Of a DNA stretch of 63,443 nt, positions 32,736-42,996 are shown piece by piece. Source of the stretch: Candidatus Latescibacterota bacterium. Lineage in GTDB: Bacteria > Latescibacterota > UBA2968 > GCA-2709665. A program made the position numbers and the translations under genes. Position 1 is the first letter of the stretch, and the number at the start of each line of letters is the position of its first letter. The stretch spans positions 1-63,443 of the forward strand of contig CAXXJS010000023.1 of NCBI GenBank assembly GCA_963662665.2, given 5' to 3'. The notes beneath the pieces were generated by a model. It saw nothing but the letters and a program-made list of their open reading frames with translations, was not told the origin of the DNA and did not search any database.

Positions 32736-32909
32736 TCAAGCGGGCGGTCCCGCGGGCGTCCGGCGGCTCGACGAGCGATCCGTTCCTCCGTCCTCGATCC
32801 GAATCCGGACGACGTCCGGCACGTTGATTACACGGCCATGTTCGCCCCGCCTGAGTTCTCGGAGCCCCTCCAGAATCTCGAAACCCACGTCTCGATTAAC
32901 CTCGTTCAT
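32736..32909 (-). pseudogene. N-terminal fragment of an XRE/NadS-like antitoxin
   Basis: MNEVNRDVGFEILEGLRELRRGEHGRVINVPDV..IR, then no HTH; ATG overlaps the aac(3) stop. Confidence 0.6.
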
Positions 32910-33739
32910 TTCTGTCTGTTCTCCTCCAGCCAGCCGACTGCGAAATCCACAACGTCGCGCTGAGGCATGAGCTGGCAATCCGCGAGACCTACCTTGCCGC
33001 TTCGCACCACGCTCCCTGCATCCGACTTCAGAAAGTCCTCACCTATTCGATAGAAATCCGAACTGTCCGGTTCTACTTCATCGAAGGTTGCCCATTGCCG
33101 TGATCCCGATGTATAGACCGGAGCGCCTTCCCGCACAACCTTCCTGGTTGGAAAACTCGCCCGGTATTCCGCAAGATGCATCGAAGTATTGGATCCATGG
33201 CTCGCGCCGAGCAGAAGGACAAAACCGTGCAGATCGTAAATTCTCGACAGCGGCGAATGCTCGCCCAGGCCGAAAGCCAGTGTGTGATCATCCACGATAT
33301 GCAATGCCCGAGGGCCGCACGCACAGAACGAGACCTGCGGGTGCGAACTGCGGAGAACGCCTTTCTGCTTTCGGAACGTCTCCGCGACAATGCCCATCGC
33401 ATGTGTAGGCGTAAGATCCGGATCGTAGGCCGGCATATTCTCCCGGATGATCGACCACCAGGACTCGGGGACAGGAGGGTTTTCCCACTTGCCGGGCTCG
33501 GACAGGCCGGGCGAGTGGGCGGGCATCGCCAGTGTGCCGGAAGATCCCAGAACGCCCTGAAGCGCAGCGATAACCGCAACGGCTCCCCCGCACACCCACC
33601 CCATCGCACTCAAGGACGAATGAACCAGAACAACCATCCCGGGTTTGAGGCCAAGCGCACGGAGATCCTTCATCATGGATTCGATAGTCGCGGGGGTTTT
33701 TGTTATTTCAACGACATTGCTCTCACTCATTTTCCTCAT
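32906..33739 (-). CDS. AAC(3)/YokD-family N-acetyltransferase
   Basis: VHSSLSAMGWVCGG, RSSHPQVSF, SNTSMHLAE. Confidence 0.93.
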   Translation of the reverse strand: MRKMSESNVVEITKTPATIESMMKDLRALGLKPGMVVLVHSSLSAMGWVCGGAVAVIAALQGVLGSSGTLAMPAHSPGLSEPGKWENPPVPESWWSIIRENMPAYDPDLTPTHAMGIVAETFRKQKGVLRSSHPQVSFCACGPRALHIVDDHTLAFGLGEHSPLSRIYDLHGFVLLLGASHGSNTSMHLAEYRASFPTRKVVREGAPVYTSGSRQWATFDEVEPDSSDFYRIGEDFLKSDAGSVVRSGKVGLADCQLMPQRDVVDFAVGWLEENRQK

Positions 33740-34098
33740 TCCCCATGCGCGACCTGTTTCGCAGCGATCGCGACGATCTCTACGAGCGTGTCACCCTCCA
33801 GTCCGGCCTCCACGCAGGCGCGCTGAGGCCAATGATCCGGACCGATCCAGGCGTCCCATACCTCGTTGAGGATGGGTTTCCTGGACATTTCCGTGATGTA
33901 GACGGTGGCTGAAAGGAGCCGCGTCCTGTCGGTGCCCGCCTCCGCGAGATTCTCGTCGAGTTGTTTGAGAGCCTGCCGCGTCTGGTCCCTGAAATCCGAC
34001 GACAGGTCCGGCGCAATGACGGCTGTGTAAATGATGCCATTGCATTCAACGGATTCGCTCCGGCCTACCGCCTTTCCCGGATATCGCTTGATGTACAT
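33736..34098 (-). CDS. RidA/YjgF-family protein
   Basis: QTRQAL, NEVWDAW, PQRACV, VEI. Confidence 0.92.
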   Translation of the reverse strand: MYIKRYPGKAVGRSESVECNGIIYTAVIAPDLSSDFRDQTRQALKQLDENLAEAGTDRTRLLSATVYITEMSRKPILNEVWDAWIGPDHWPQRACVEAGLEGDTLVEIVAIAAKQVAHGE

Positions 34099-34358
34099 CG
34101 ATTCTCTTCCTTTCCGTACGATCAGTCCGTAATTGCTGATACCCAATCCCCATGGCATTCAACGGTCAACACGCCCTGAATCAGGTAAGTTTTCCAGACG
34201 GGAGCCGTGCGAAACCCAAAAATAGTTGGTCGCCGCGAAACAAAATCCTATATTGGGTCAATCGAATGTGATTTGTTCGTGAGTTGCAGGCCAATGGGTG
34301 GTATCAGTCCAGGCAACTCAGCGTCGTTCACACCTTAAATACTTCGGATTTTCAATCT

Positions 34359-35216
34359 ATGTCGCTGTTAACGTTCAAACTGCTGGCCGCCGTCGCAATC
34401 CTGGCCATAGGCGTGATCGGCGGCGTCATTCCCATGCTGGCCGCCCGGCACGAATTCAGCCGCCGTTTCTTTTCGCTGGGCAATGCCTTTGCAGGCGGCC
34501 TCTTTCTGGGGGTCGGGTTCATCCACCTGCTGCCCGAAGGCATGGAAAAGCTGGAAGGGGTTGTGGAGTTTCCTCTGGCCGCGCTTCTGGCTGCGTTGGG
34601 CCTGGGCGCCCTCCTGCTGATCGATCGTGTCATCTACGGCGACCATCACTCCCATGAGACGCCGGACAAACTTCGGGTGCATCAATCCTTCTACCCGTTC
34701 GTGTTGCTCGCGTTGCTCTCGGTCCACTCGGTGATTGCCGGTATTTCTCTCGGACTCGAGTCTCACCTGGTGGGTTCGTTCGTCATTTTGCTCGGGATCC
34801 TTTCTCACAAGGGATCGGCCGCTTTTGCGCTGATGGTCAGCGTCCACAATGCGGGAATCCGGGCGCGACAACAGAAGTCCATGCTGGCAATTTTCGTTGT
34901 GATGACGCCGTTGGGTGTTCTGGGAGGCTTGCTGGCCGGGGTGATCCTGGCGGGAAACGAGGAAACCGCTGCTCTCATTGAGGGAAGCTTTAACGCGCTT
35001 GCCGCCGGGACCTTCATCTACGTGGCGACCGTTGAAATCATCGACGCGGAGATGTCAACCCGCGAAATGCGCCTGGCGAAATATGTACTGAGCGCCCTGG
35101 CAGGTGGCGACGACGTGCCTATGCCCGAGAAAGACACCGACCGCCTGGCCAAGTTTGCATTGATCATTGCCGGTATCGCGCTGATGGCGCTACTTTCCGA
35201 TTGGCACGCGCACTGA
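34359..35216 (+). CDS. ZIP-family divalent metal transporter
   Basis: GNAFAGGLFLGVGFIHLLPE, HSVIAG, HKG, AAGTFIYV. Confidence 0.92.
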   Translation: MSLLTFKLLAAVAILAIGVIGGVIPMLAARHEFSRRFFSLGNAFAGGLFLGVGFIHLLPEGMEKLEGVVEFPLAALLAALGLGALLLIDRVIYGDHHSHETPDKLRVHQSFYPFVLLALLSVHSVIAGISLGLESHLVGSFVILLGILSHKGSAAFALMVSVHNAGIRARQQKSMLAIFVVMTPLGVLGGLLAGVILAGNEETAALIEGSFNALAAGTFIYVATVEIIDAEMSTREMRLAKYVLSALAGGDDVPMPEKDTDRLAKFALIIAGIALMALLSDWHAH

Positions 35217-35390
35217 GAAAACGCCAACGGGGCTTGCACTTCCGGCAGATGACGAAGTGCTCCATTCAGAAATGCCAGACGTGATCGACGGATCGAAAAC
35301 CCGTCTCCGATAACCAGTCGACTTGCGCGGAAAAACCGGAGATCCGGTCCTTTTCAGGGCTGTCTCTCCCGGTCTGGCCGACGATCGCAC

Positions 35391-35717
35391 CTACCCGATC
35401 CCCCTCTGCAGAAATTCCACCCGGTCCGAATGCCCACTCACCTTCCGGGACGCGATCTCAATCATCTCGTCTGAAAAGTCGACGGCGACACAGGTTGCTT
35501 TGGGATACCGATCGAGGATGCGTTTGACAAAGGTGCCCGTTCCGCATCCCAAATCCAGCATGCGAAATTCCTCCCAGGTATCGAAAGGCACGAATTCCAG
35601 GGCCAGGTCGTGGTAGAACTCATACATTTCGATGCGAACCGGCTGGAGGCGGTCATAATCCACGGCGCGAGAGGCAAACTGTACACTCCGTGATTTCCGA
35701 ATTCTCTGATGATCCAT
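35391..35717 (-). pseudogene. Truncated class I SAM methyltransferase
   Basis: MLDLGCGTG, VDFSDEM; stops after about 108 aa. Confidence 0.7.
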
Positions 35718-35824
35718 CTTTATCATGAGCCTCTGGGAACTAACTCCTTGAAAGAACGCTCCAACCCATCCTCCGTATCCTCCCCGTTTCACAGACTTTG
35801 TCTGACGAGTGTCGTAAGCGTCCA

Positions 35825-36001
35825 TTAGACGGAAGAGGACGTGTGAGTTGGTTTGCGAGGCGGAAATGACACTGGATTCTGAGATAATCGCGCTTGTCGC
35901 TTCTGGATATCTTCATAAATAGCGTCAATATCGTGATTAAACTCAAATGCGTATTTCTCACGGAGCTTTCGCGTTTCTTCCACAATCGGATCTTTCCACA
36001 T
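35825..36001 (-). CDS. Putative antitoxin (58 aa, missed by the ORF track)
   Basis: MWKDPIVEETRKLREKYAFEFNHDIDAIYEDIQ; GGAGG RBS; directly downstream of the PIN toxin. Confidence 0.8.
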   Translation of the reverse strand: MWKDPIVEETRKLREKYAFEFNHDIDAIYEDIQKRQARLSQNPVSFPPRKPTHTSSSV

Positions 36002-36004
36002 GAT

Positions 36005-36478
36005 TCAACCCTCCATCAATTCTTGAGGCGTACAGATAACAGGCGGTTCAGAGCCTTGCTGACGACAGATTTCTTCTATTTGTGGCCTCATTACTGCGTT
36101 GGCAATGTGTGTACAGTTCCAGGTAAGCAAGTACTCCATACCATTCACGGCTGCAACTGCGATATGGTACGCATCCATTTCAGCTATGTCTGGAAGAGGA
36201 CCCCTGGAAACCAGACTTCTGGCAAGTTCTCTGCCTTTATCGGTCACATCAAGCCTTGGTAATGTCCCAATGGCATCCAACCGCCTCCGCGCAAGATCAG
36301 GATCACCAAGATGCGCTTCAGCAGTTACCAATTCGGAAACGAAAACTTCGAAATTGGGCTGACGTGTGTCCCACCACTCAATGGTTATACTCTGATTTGC
36401 TGCAACCCTGAGATCGTTACTCAGCCTGGCGGTCAGATAACTGAATATCGACGTTTCTACGTAGACCTTTGGCTTCAC
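36005..36478 (-). CDS. PIN-domain (VapC-like) toxin
   Basis: VYVETSIFSYL, DAYHIAVA, LLTWNCTHIAN, ICTPQEL. Confidence 0.9.
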   Translation of the reverse strand: MKPKVYVETSIFSYLTARLSNDLRVAANQSITIEWWDTRQPNFEVFVSELVTAEAHLGDPDLARRRLDAIGTLPRLDVTDKGRELARSLVSRGPLPDIAEMDAYHIAVAAVNGMEYLLTWNCTHIANAVMRPQIEEICRQQGSEPPVICTPQELMEG

Positions 36479-36713
36479 TGTTTGCTCCAGTTTATCTGTT
36501 GGGCGAATTTGTCCGAAAGATCGGGAACGTTCAGGTGTCAGCTAAGGGATGGATGGGAAATAGGCGACTGGATTGCCGGCAGTTGCTCTATCCTTTATAT
36601 TCTCTTGCTTCGCCACATCCGAAAATTCACTGGCGATCTCCCAGACGAGATCTTTAGAGATCGAAGCATTCACAGATCATACCCTTCAACATGGGACACA
36701 CCCAGCCTCCCAT

Positions 36714-38651
36714 TCAGCCACAATACCTCCCCAGCCACGACAACATTCTATCGAGATATTCCACGTGCAGCGCCGGGTGGCCGCTCCTCCTGAAGCCGTG
36801 TGACGACTTTGGAAAGCGCACAAACTCCACGGTCTTTCCCTGCCGCTTCAGCGCCACGAAAAACTGTTCGGCCTGCTCGATCGGACAGCGGTAGTCTTCC
36901 TCGCCGTGCATCAGCAATACCGGCGTTCGTACCTCCGACGCATACGTCAGAGGCGAACGTTCCACAAGGGCATCCACGTTCTCCAGCACCGAACCTCCCC
37001 ACTGATTCTCGCCGAACGACACCCCGATATCCGACGTTCCGTACATGCTGTGTAAATTGATACAAGGCGCGCCGATCACCGCCGCCTTGAAACGATGGTC
37101 GTGACCGACGATCCAGCTGCTCATAAAGCCGCCGTAACTATATCCGTGTACCCCCAGCCGGTCCGAGTCCACGTAGGGCCGCTCGCACAGCAGGTCAACC
37201 CCCGCCATCAGATCCAGGAAATCTTCTCCGCCCCAATCTCCCAGCACCGCCTTCAGAAAATCCGGTCCGTATGACGACGACCCCCTTGGATTCACGGCCA
37301 GTACAATATACCCCGCGCCCGCCAGAATCTGATGCGTGATATCGTACGAATCCGAAAAACGCCCGTTCGGGCCCCCGTGAATATCCAGCACCAAAGGGTA
37401 TGACTTTGCATCATCGAAATCGTGCGGAAACGCCACCCGGGCCTCAATCGCCTGGCCGCTCCTCTCGAACACGAACTTCTCCATGTGCGCAGCGGGATGC
37501 GCGTCCAGAAACGCGACGTTTACCGCCGTTACCACCCGTTGGCGCTTCGGAACCACATCGAGTATCGCCACGTCGCACGGACAATTCGGGGACGACATCA
37601 CCACAGCCGCCCGTTCGCCGGTGCGATCAACCGACAGACCCGTGAATTCCTGACCACCCCCATTCACAACGTCGATCCGTGGGGTAGGCCCATCGGAATT
37701 CACCAGGCACAGGAACGACTCGCCCGCCCTGTCACCGATAAACAGAATCCCACCCTCCGGCGTCCAGCACCGCGAAGCGAGAGGTTGCACGACTGTATAC
37801 ACGTCACCCGCCACGCAAACCGGCTTCCCGGTTTCATCGAGCACAAACAGCCACGATTGCCGTGAGTCCCACACGTCCGCGTGGTGAGAGCCCGCAACTA
37901 CCACACGCTCGCCATCCGGCGACCACGCCACGGATTCGGCGCGGCTGAGTCCCCGCGACCAGCAATGCGACGTTCCGCCCGCTTTTTCCATCACGTGGAC
38001 CTCTGAAGCCCGCACGAAGTCGCGCGCTTCAACGCAGTCGGTCACGAATGCAATACGGCCTCCGTCCGGAGACCAGACCGGCGCCTCGTGATCGCCCTCC
38101 CCGTCCGTTATCTGTTCCGCCGTGCCGGTCGCGGCGTCCACCAGAAACAACTGCGAAAACGCGTCACCCCGCCAGCCGTCTCCATCGTCACGGTATCGCA
38201 CGCGACGGGCGACCATCGTCCTCGGCATCTGCTCATCATCGTGGTCTTCCGGTGCGCGGTCCGGGTCCACCCGTGAGACAACGACAATTTCCGTTCCATC
38301 GGGCGCCCATGCCAGACCCTTCACCCCATCCGGAAGCGTCGTCACCTGCCTCCGTTTCCCGCCATCGACCTGCGTCACCCAGACCTGCGTTCTGTCGTCC
38401 TCTCCAGAACGCAAGAAGGCCAGATTCTTGCCGTCCGGCGAAAGTCCCGGCGCGCCGTCCCGTGGACCCTCCGTCACATCCACGGCAGTACCGTCCGCAA
38501 GCGATTGCATCACGATCCGGGACTCCCGCTTCATCGTCTCCCTGTTGATCTCCTGCCGCACGAAGACCAGGGCCGAACCGTCCGCCGCGATATCCACGTC
38601 CGTTACGCCGATCAGATCGTTTGTATGCTCTGGCTCAATTGCCGACGACAT
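36714..38651 (-). CDS. S9-family peptidase (acylaminoacyl/dipeptidyl type)
   Basis: IHGGP, NPRGSSSYG, GYSYGG, GEEDYRCP, SHG. Confidence 0.95.
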   Translation of the reverse strand: MSSAIEPEHTNDLIGVTDVDIAADGSALVFVRQEINRETMKRESRIVMQSLADGTAVDVTEGPRDGAPGLSPDGKNLAFLRSGEDDRTQVWVTQVDGGKRRQVTTLPDGVKGLAWAPDGTEIVVVSRVDPDRAPEDHDDEQMPRTMVARRVRYRDDGDGWRGDAFSQLFLVDAATGTAEQITDGEGDHEAPVWSPDGGRIAFVTDCVEARDFVRASEVHVMEKAGGTSHCWSRGLSRAESVAWSPDGERVVVAGSHHADVWDSRQSWLFVLDETGKPVCVAGDVYTVVQPLASRCWTPEGGILFIGDRAGESFLCLVNSDGPTPRIDVVNGGGQEFTGLSVDRTGERAAVVMSSPNCPCDVAILDVVPKRQRVVTAVNVAFLDAHPAAHMEKFVFERSGQAIEARVAFPHDFDDAKSYPLVLDIHGGPNGRFSDSYDITHQILAGAGYIVLAVNPRGSSSYGPDFLKAVLGDWGGEDFLDLMAGVDLLCERPYVDSDRLGVHGYSYGGFMSSWIVGHDHRFKAAVIGAPCINLHSMYGTSDIGVSFGENQWGGSVLENVDALVERSPLTYASEVRTPVLLMHGEEDYRCPIEQAEQFFVALKRQGKTVEFVRFPKSSHGFRRSGHPALHVEYLDRMLSWLGRYCG

Positions 38652-38671
38652 ATCCGTCTCCCGATATCATC

Positions 38672-39826
38672 TCACGCTCCACAGGTGCGTCGGGACGTAT
38701 ATACCCGGCCGCCCTTTACGACCGTCACCGGCACCAGACTCCGCGTACCGGTCCGGCCTTGCCCTCTCGAATCCTCGAGGCGAAAGTGCCCTTTCCGCAA
38801 CTCGAACACGACGGCGTCACCGTAGGCCCCTTTCGCCAGCGTCCCTACCTCGCCCTCCATCCCGACTATTTTCGAAGGAACGGACGTCACGCGTGAAATC
38901 GCATCTTCCATCGACAGACCCAGGTGAAGAAATTTCGTGACCACCGAGGCCAGGTCGTAAACGGGTCCGTTGACATTGTAAATGTGCAGGTCCGATGAAA
39001 TCGTGGTTGGCAGGACGTCCTGTGAGAGTGCGGTCTCGACAATCTCCCAGGAAAAAGACCCGGCGCCGTGACCCACGTCGAACACAACCCCCCGTTCGAT
39101 CGCATCCAGAACCGAATCGCGGACACGCCCCTCGCCATTGAGAATCCCGCACGGAAAGTCGTGGTAACAATGCGTCAGAATATCTTTGCCCTTCATCACG
39201 CTCAGTATATCGTCAATCGAATTACACCACGAGTCCTGCGGATGCACCATGATGGGCATTCCGGCCGCGTCCGCCGCTTCCCTTGCCCTGTGAAGAGGGA
39301 GCATGCCGGACCGTTCGCTGACGATAGTATTCCTCGTCAGCCGGACCTTCACGCCCAGAACGACGTCGCGGTGCAGCTCAATCATGCGGCAGGCCTTGTC
39401 CACGTCCGCGTATTCGGGAATCTCGAACTCGCCGATCTCCTCGGTCAACATCCCCTGCGACGAGATATTCATCTGGGCCAGAATCCGCGTCTCGCTCACG
39501 TCGATCACGTATTTCCGGAAACCGGGAAAAATATCGGCGCCTGCGGACCCCGCATCGACCACTGTCGTCGCGCCTCGAGCCAGACACGTGGGATCGGGTT
39601 CGATGCCAAAGTGACTGACACCGGCGAACACATGGACGTGAAGATCGATCAATCCGGGCGTCACCACGCAACCCGCCGCGTCGATCACCTCGCGGGCTTC
39701 GCACCCGTCAAGACACTCGCCGACCGCGGCAACCCTCCCTGCCGCGAAACCCACGTCCCGTACGTCGCTAAGGCTTTCCGCCGGATCGACCAGCGTCCCT
39801 CCCTTAACCAGCAGATCGTACTTCAT
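38672..39826 (-). CDS. Amidohydrolase (dihydroorotase/deacetylase-like)
   Basis: PGLIDLHVH, DAGSAG, THC, DVGHGAGSF, SSDLH. Confidence 0.92.
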   Translation of the reverse strand: MKYDLLVKGGTLVDPAESLSDVRDVGFAAGRVAAVGECLDGCEAREVIDAAGCVVTPGLIDLHVHVFAGVSHFGIEPDPTCLARGATTVVDAGSAGADIFPGFRKYVIDVSETRILAQMNISSQGMLTEEIGEFEIPEYADVDKACRMIELHRDVVLGVKVRLTRNTIVSERSGMLPLHRAREAADAAGMPIMVHPQDSWCNSIDDILSVMKGKDILTHCYHDFPCGILNGEGRVRDSVLDAIERGVVFDVGHGAGSFSWEIVETALSQDVLPTTISSDLHIYNVNGPVYDLASVVTKFLHLGLSMEDAISRVTSVPSKIVGMEGEVGTLAKGAYGDAVVFELRKGHFRLEDSRGQGRTGTRSLVPVTVVKGGRVYTSRRTCGA

Positions 39827-39898
39827 TCCCGACTCCATTCAAGTAGAAAGCGTCCAAACGCGGTTGGCTGCCCGGTGCGTACACGCGGAATCGACAAC

Positions 39899-40786
39899 TC
39901 AGGCGGCTTCGTCCGAATCACCTGACCCGGTATACGAGAAATCATACGTCAATGCATCCCCCACCGGCCGGTAGCCGATTTTGGTATAGATGCTGTTGGA
40001 CGTGGGATTCAACTGATCTGTATAAAGGCTGCAGAACGAATAGCGATCCGAGAGCAGCTTTTCCGTCAAAGACCAGACACACGACGTCGCGTATCCCCTA
40101 TTGCGATGCTCCGCGGGCGTGTACACGCCATTGATGGTGATGCCGTTTCTGGTCGCACGGGAGGTCTTCGCCATGGAAACCGGCCCCCCGCGGTCCCAGA
40201 TGTACACCTGTCGCGCCTGAATGAACCGCTCGGCGCCGCCTGCGGCTGCCTCCGGATCCGTTGGCTCACCGATCTGCTCCGAGAATTCCGCAATCCACCG
40301 CGCCACGACGGCGTGGTCATCCATAGACGCCAGGCGCATTACGCCCTTTGAAAGTGGAACGACGGCGACCTCTCTGATCTCGAAGGCACGCATGCGCATG
40401 GTCAGTCTTGAAGATGCGCCATGTACCGCTTCGACCCAGGAATCGCAAAAGACGCGGGCTTCCTCCTCCGGCCCGACAACGCCGGGTACCGAGACCTCGT
40501 TCGCGTGCAAATGGCGAACCAGTGGACCCACCGCATTCTCAGTCCGGACGTCGAATCTGCTCAGGATAAGTTTTTTTCCCTGCGTCATGATCGCCATACC
40601 AACCGCGCGATCCCGGTCCAGGACACTCAACATCACGGGGAGTTCCACGCCAAAGCACTGCGGATTTCCGGCAAGCCCGTACATCAGGCCGAGGGGCAGG
40701 TTATGCTCGCTCTCGCGCACTTCCAGGTAAGCGGCGGTATTGGAAATCAGTTCCTCGGCACAATCGTGAGACAGTATTTCGATCAC
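39899..40786 (-). CDS. GNAT N-acetyltransferase
   Basis: VYTPAEHRNRGYA, LYTDQLNPTSNSIY. Confidence 0.92.
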   Translation of the reverse strand: MIEILSHDCAEELISNTAAYLEVRESEHNLPLGLMYGLAGNPQCFGVELPVMLSVLDRDRAVGMAIMTQGKKLILSRFDVRTENAVGPLVRHLHANEVSVPGVVGPEEEARVFCDSWVEAVHGASSRLTMRMRAFEIREVAVVPLSKGVMRLASMDDHAVVARWIAEFSEQIGEPTDPEAAAGGAERFIQARQVYIWDRGGPVSMAKTSRATRNGITINGVYTPAEHRNRGYATSCVWSLTEKLLSDRYSFCSLYTDQLNPTSNSIYTKIGYRPVGDALTYDFSYTGSGDSDEAA

Positions 40787-40910
40787 CGGTTTGCCGTTTC
40801 GTTACGTAGCCGGAGGTTTGACCGATTGCGGGCAACCTGACAGGCGGCGGTTGCAGCCGAATCGCGCCGGGCCCGACACATTTCGCAGACCATTTTCAGG
40901 TATCGCGACA

Positions 40911-41525
40911 TCAGGGCAGGATCCGTCTTCTCTCCAGATCGATCCTCAACTGACCGGCGTCGCGAAAATGGATGGACGGCAGGCCGACCGATTCCGCGTT
41001 CCTCACGTTCTGGATTCGATCGTCGATAAACAGACACGCCTCTGGTGCGAGGCCGAGTACGTCGAGGACGTCCGGAAAAACCGTCGGATCAGACTTGGTC
41101 TTTCCCAATTCGTAGGAGTAGAACCGATCGTCGAATACATTCAGAAACGGATGAATCGTCCTGATGTAATGAATCCACTCCCGAACGTGGTCCGACAGCA
41201 TGGCAACGCGATACGACTTCGCGACCTCGCGCAGAATGTCGAGCGAACCCTCGATCCGAACGTGGAAGTTGTCTCTGAGCATTCGCTTGAGCGACGCCAG
41301 TTGCAGGTCCCAGCGCGATCGTTCCAGAATCCCGCCCAGGTAGGCATCCTCGGAAATTCGCCCTTCCAGCACCTGCATCAGCGGGTCTCCGAGAAACCAC
41401 TCCAGAAGGCCGTCTTCCAGAATGGAGAGTTTGCTCGAAATACGCTTCTCGACTCCTGGAAGCCCAGCGATGAAAACCTCGGATAGATCGAATATGAGGC
41501 ATCGTGGAAGGTTCTGGCTTTTCAT
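40911..41525 (-). CDS. HAD-family phosphatase
   Basis: LIFDL, LSD, K.DP, FIDDRIQN. Confidence 0.88.
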   Translation of the reverse strand: MKSQNLPRCLIFDLSEVFIAGLPGVEKRISSKLSILEDGLLEWFLGDPLMQVLEGRISEDAYLGGILERSRWDLQLASLKRMLRDNFHVRIEGSLDILREVAKSYRVAMLSDHVREWIHYIRTIHPFLNVFDDRFYSYELGKTKSDPTVFPDVLDVLGLAPEACLFIDDRIQNVRNAESVGLPSIHFRDAGQLRIDLERRRILP

Positions 41526-41725
41526 TCGGGAGGACGAAATGTTACGGGCACTATTGAGGTAAGTGTTAGAGAGTAAGAACGATGCGATGCTTTATTCAGT
41601 GGCTGATTCGGGGAGAATAGCGACGAACAGTTTTGGATCGCTGATGTACCGCGTTGATGCTGGAGAATGGATAATGACGTTACCGCCGGGTGGTTTAAGT
41701 CAGAGGAAAATCGTCTCTCGATAAC

Positions 41726-42040
41726 TCAAGATATTTCAAGGCGTTTCGCGCGCTCGTCCAACCATCGTTGAAAGGACCGTTGACTTTCGCCGGATGGCCT
41801 GCCAAGGAGCAACCCTTCCACACTGAGGTCCTCGTCCAAATCCGGCCAATGAAATCCATCTCCGTTACCAATAGTTCTCCAGTTATTTCGCTCCCTGGGC
41901 GAACCATGAAGTAGACGGGGATACCACGCCAAAGGAACCGATATACTGCGTCCGTCGACGAAGTCAACGGTCAACGTATCGTCTGTAACAGTAATATTCT
42001 CGGCTTTGGCAACTATCCGCTCAGTCTGTAAAGTATTCAT
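41726..42040 (-). CDS. DUF2442-family protein (TA component)
   Basis: DGRSISVPLAWYPRL, HWPDLDEDLSVEGLL. Confidence 0.88.
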   Translation of the reverse strand: MNTLQTERIVAKAENITVTDDTLTVDFVDGRSISVPLAWYPRLLHGSPRERNNWRTIGNGDGFHWPDLDEDLSVEGLLLGRPSGESQRSFQRWLDERAKRLEIS

Positions 42041-42200
42041 CCCACCCTCGCAACAATAGTTCCTGATTGTCCTTCACCGCTTTTTGAATCCTTTTGATGT
42101 CAGCGCGACTAAACCCTCCGCTGCCTTGAAGTCGAACGGGATTGAGCCAACATTTGGCTATCTTATTTTCGCTCTCGACATGAATAGGTGGCACGGAACG
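42021..42200 (-). pseudogene. DUF4160-family protein, N-terminus lost next to repeat family C
   Basis: PPIHVE...AKCWLNPV.L..S.GF....L...W.EYF; N-terminal part absent. Confidence 0.75.
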
Positions 42201-42220
42201 CGCGCGGCGGTTTGATGGAC

Positions 42221-42343
42221 CAATCACTCCCCCTTGAGGGCGAGTCGCAGAAGCCGAGCCGACCCCTGAGCCTGTCGAAGGGCCGGCCTGTCTGCGCGCA
42301 ACGCACAGGCAGTCGACGGCTGATGCGGTGGGGGGATTCCAAC
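42221..42343 (+). repeat. Repeat family C, copy 3
   Basis: Matches 24568-24700. Confidence 0.85.
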
Positions 42344-42706
42344 ATCATACCGTATGCAAGCAGCGTGATGAAACATGTACGCATCTTACGTTGAAGTCTT
42401 ACTGTAAGACTCTTAGATCAAGGGACTTTCGCAAGAGTGAGTGACTGGAACGCGTTAAAACCTGTACGGGAACTCACGGCTTTACCTTCGATAACGTAGA
42501 ATAACCAGGGGAGTTTGTCAAGGGCAGTTGAGGAATTCGATCATTCCGCCCCGTTCATCCTCCTCGCCATGGAGCCATCGCCTGCCAAGGCGCTTCCTCA
42601 TTGGCGGGCGTAGTCGGGTGGGTTATATTACACGAGACATCGTTGTGCTCCCGGTCGCCAGTCTTGCCCCGCGGGCGCCATCCTTCAGGTCCGACAATGC
42701 CGCATT

Positions 42707-42970
42707 ATGACCGACACCCAGTTATTGCAGGAATTCGAGGCCCTCGCAGAACGCCTGGACATCCCCGTCATCTACGCGAATCTCGAAGGCGGCGAAGGCG
42801 GCCTCTGCGTGGTGCGGGGCAAGCCAAGATTTATACTCAACCAGGGACCTGACGTCCGCACACGCATTGAGATCTTCGCCCGGGATTTCGCCCGGCTTCC
42901 TCTCGACGACGTCTACATCCGGCCTCTTGTGCGAGAACGCATCGACGCGGTCAGGTCCACGCGGGAATAA
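42707..42970 (+). CDS. Conserved hypothetical protein
   Basis: GGLCVVRG and LDDVYIRP.VRE motifs; 87 aa. Confidence 0.75.
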   Translation: MTDTQLLQEFEALAERLDIPVIYANLEGGEGGLCVVRGKPRFILNQGPDVRTRIEIFARDFARLPLDDVYIRPLVRERIDAVRSTRE

Positions 42971-42996
42971 CCACCCGGGCACACCGCGAAATCCGA

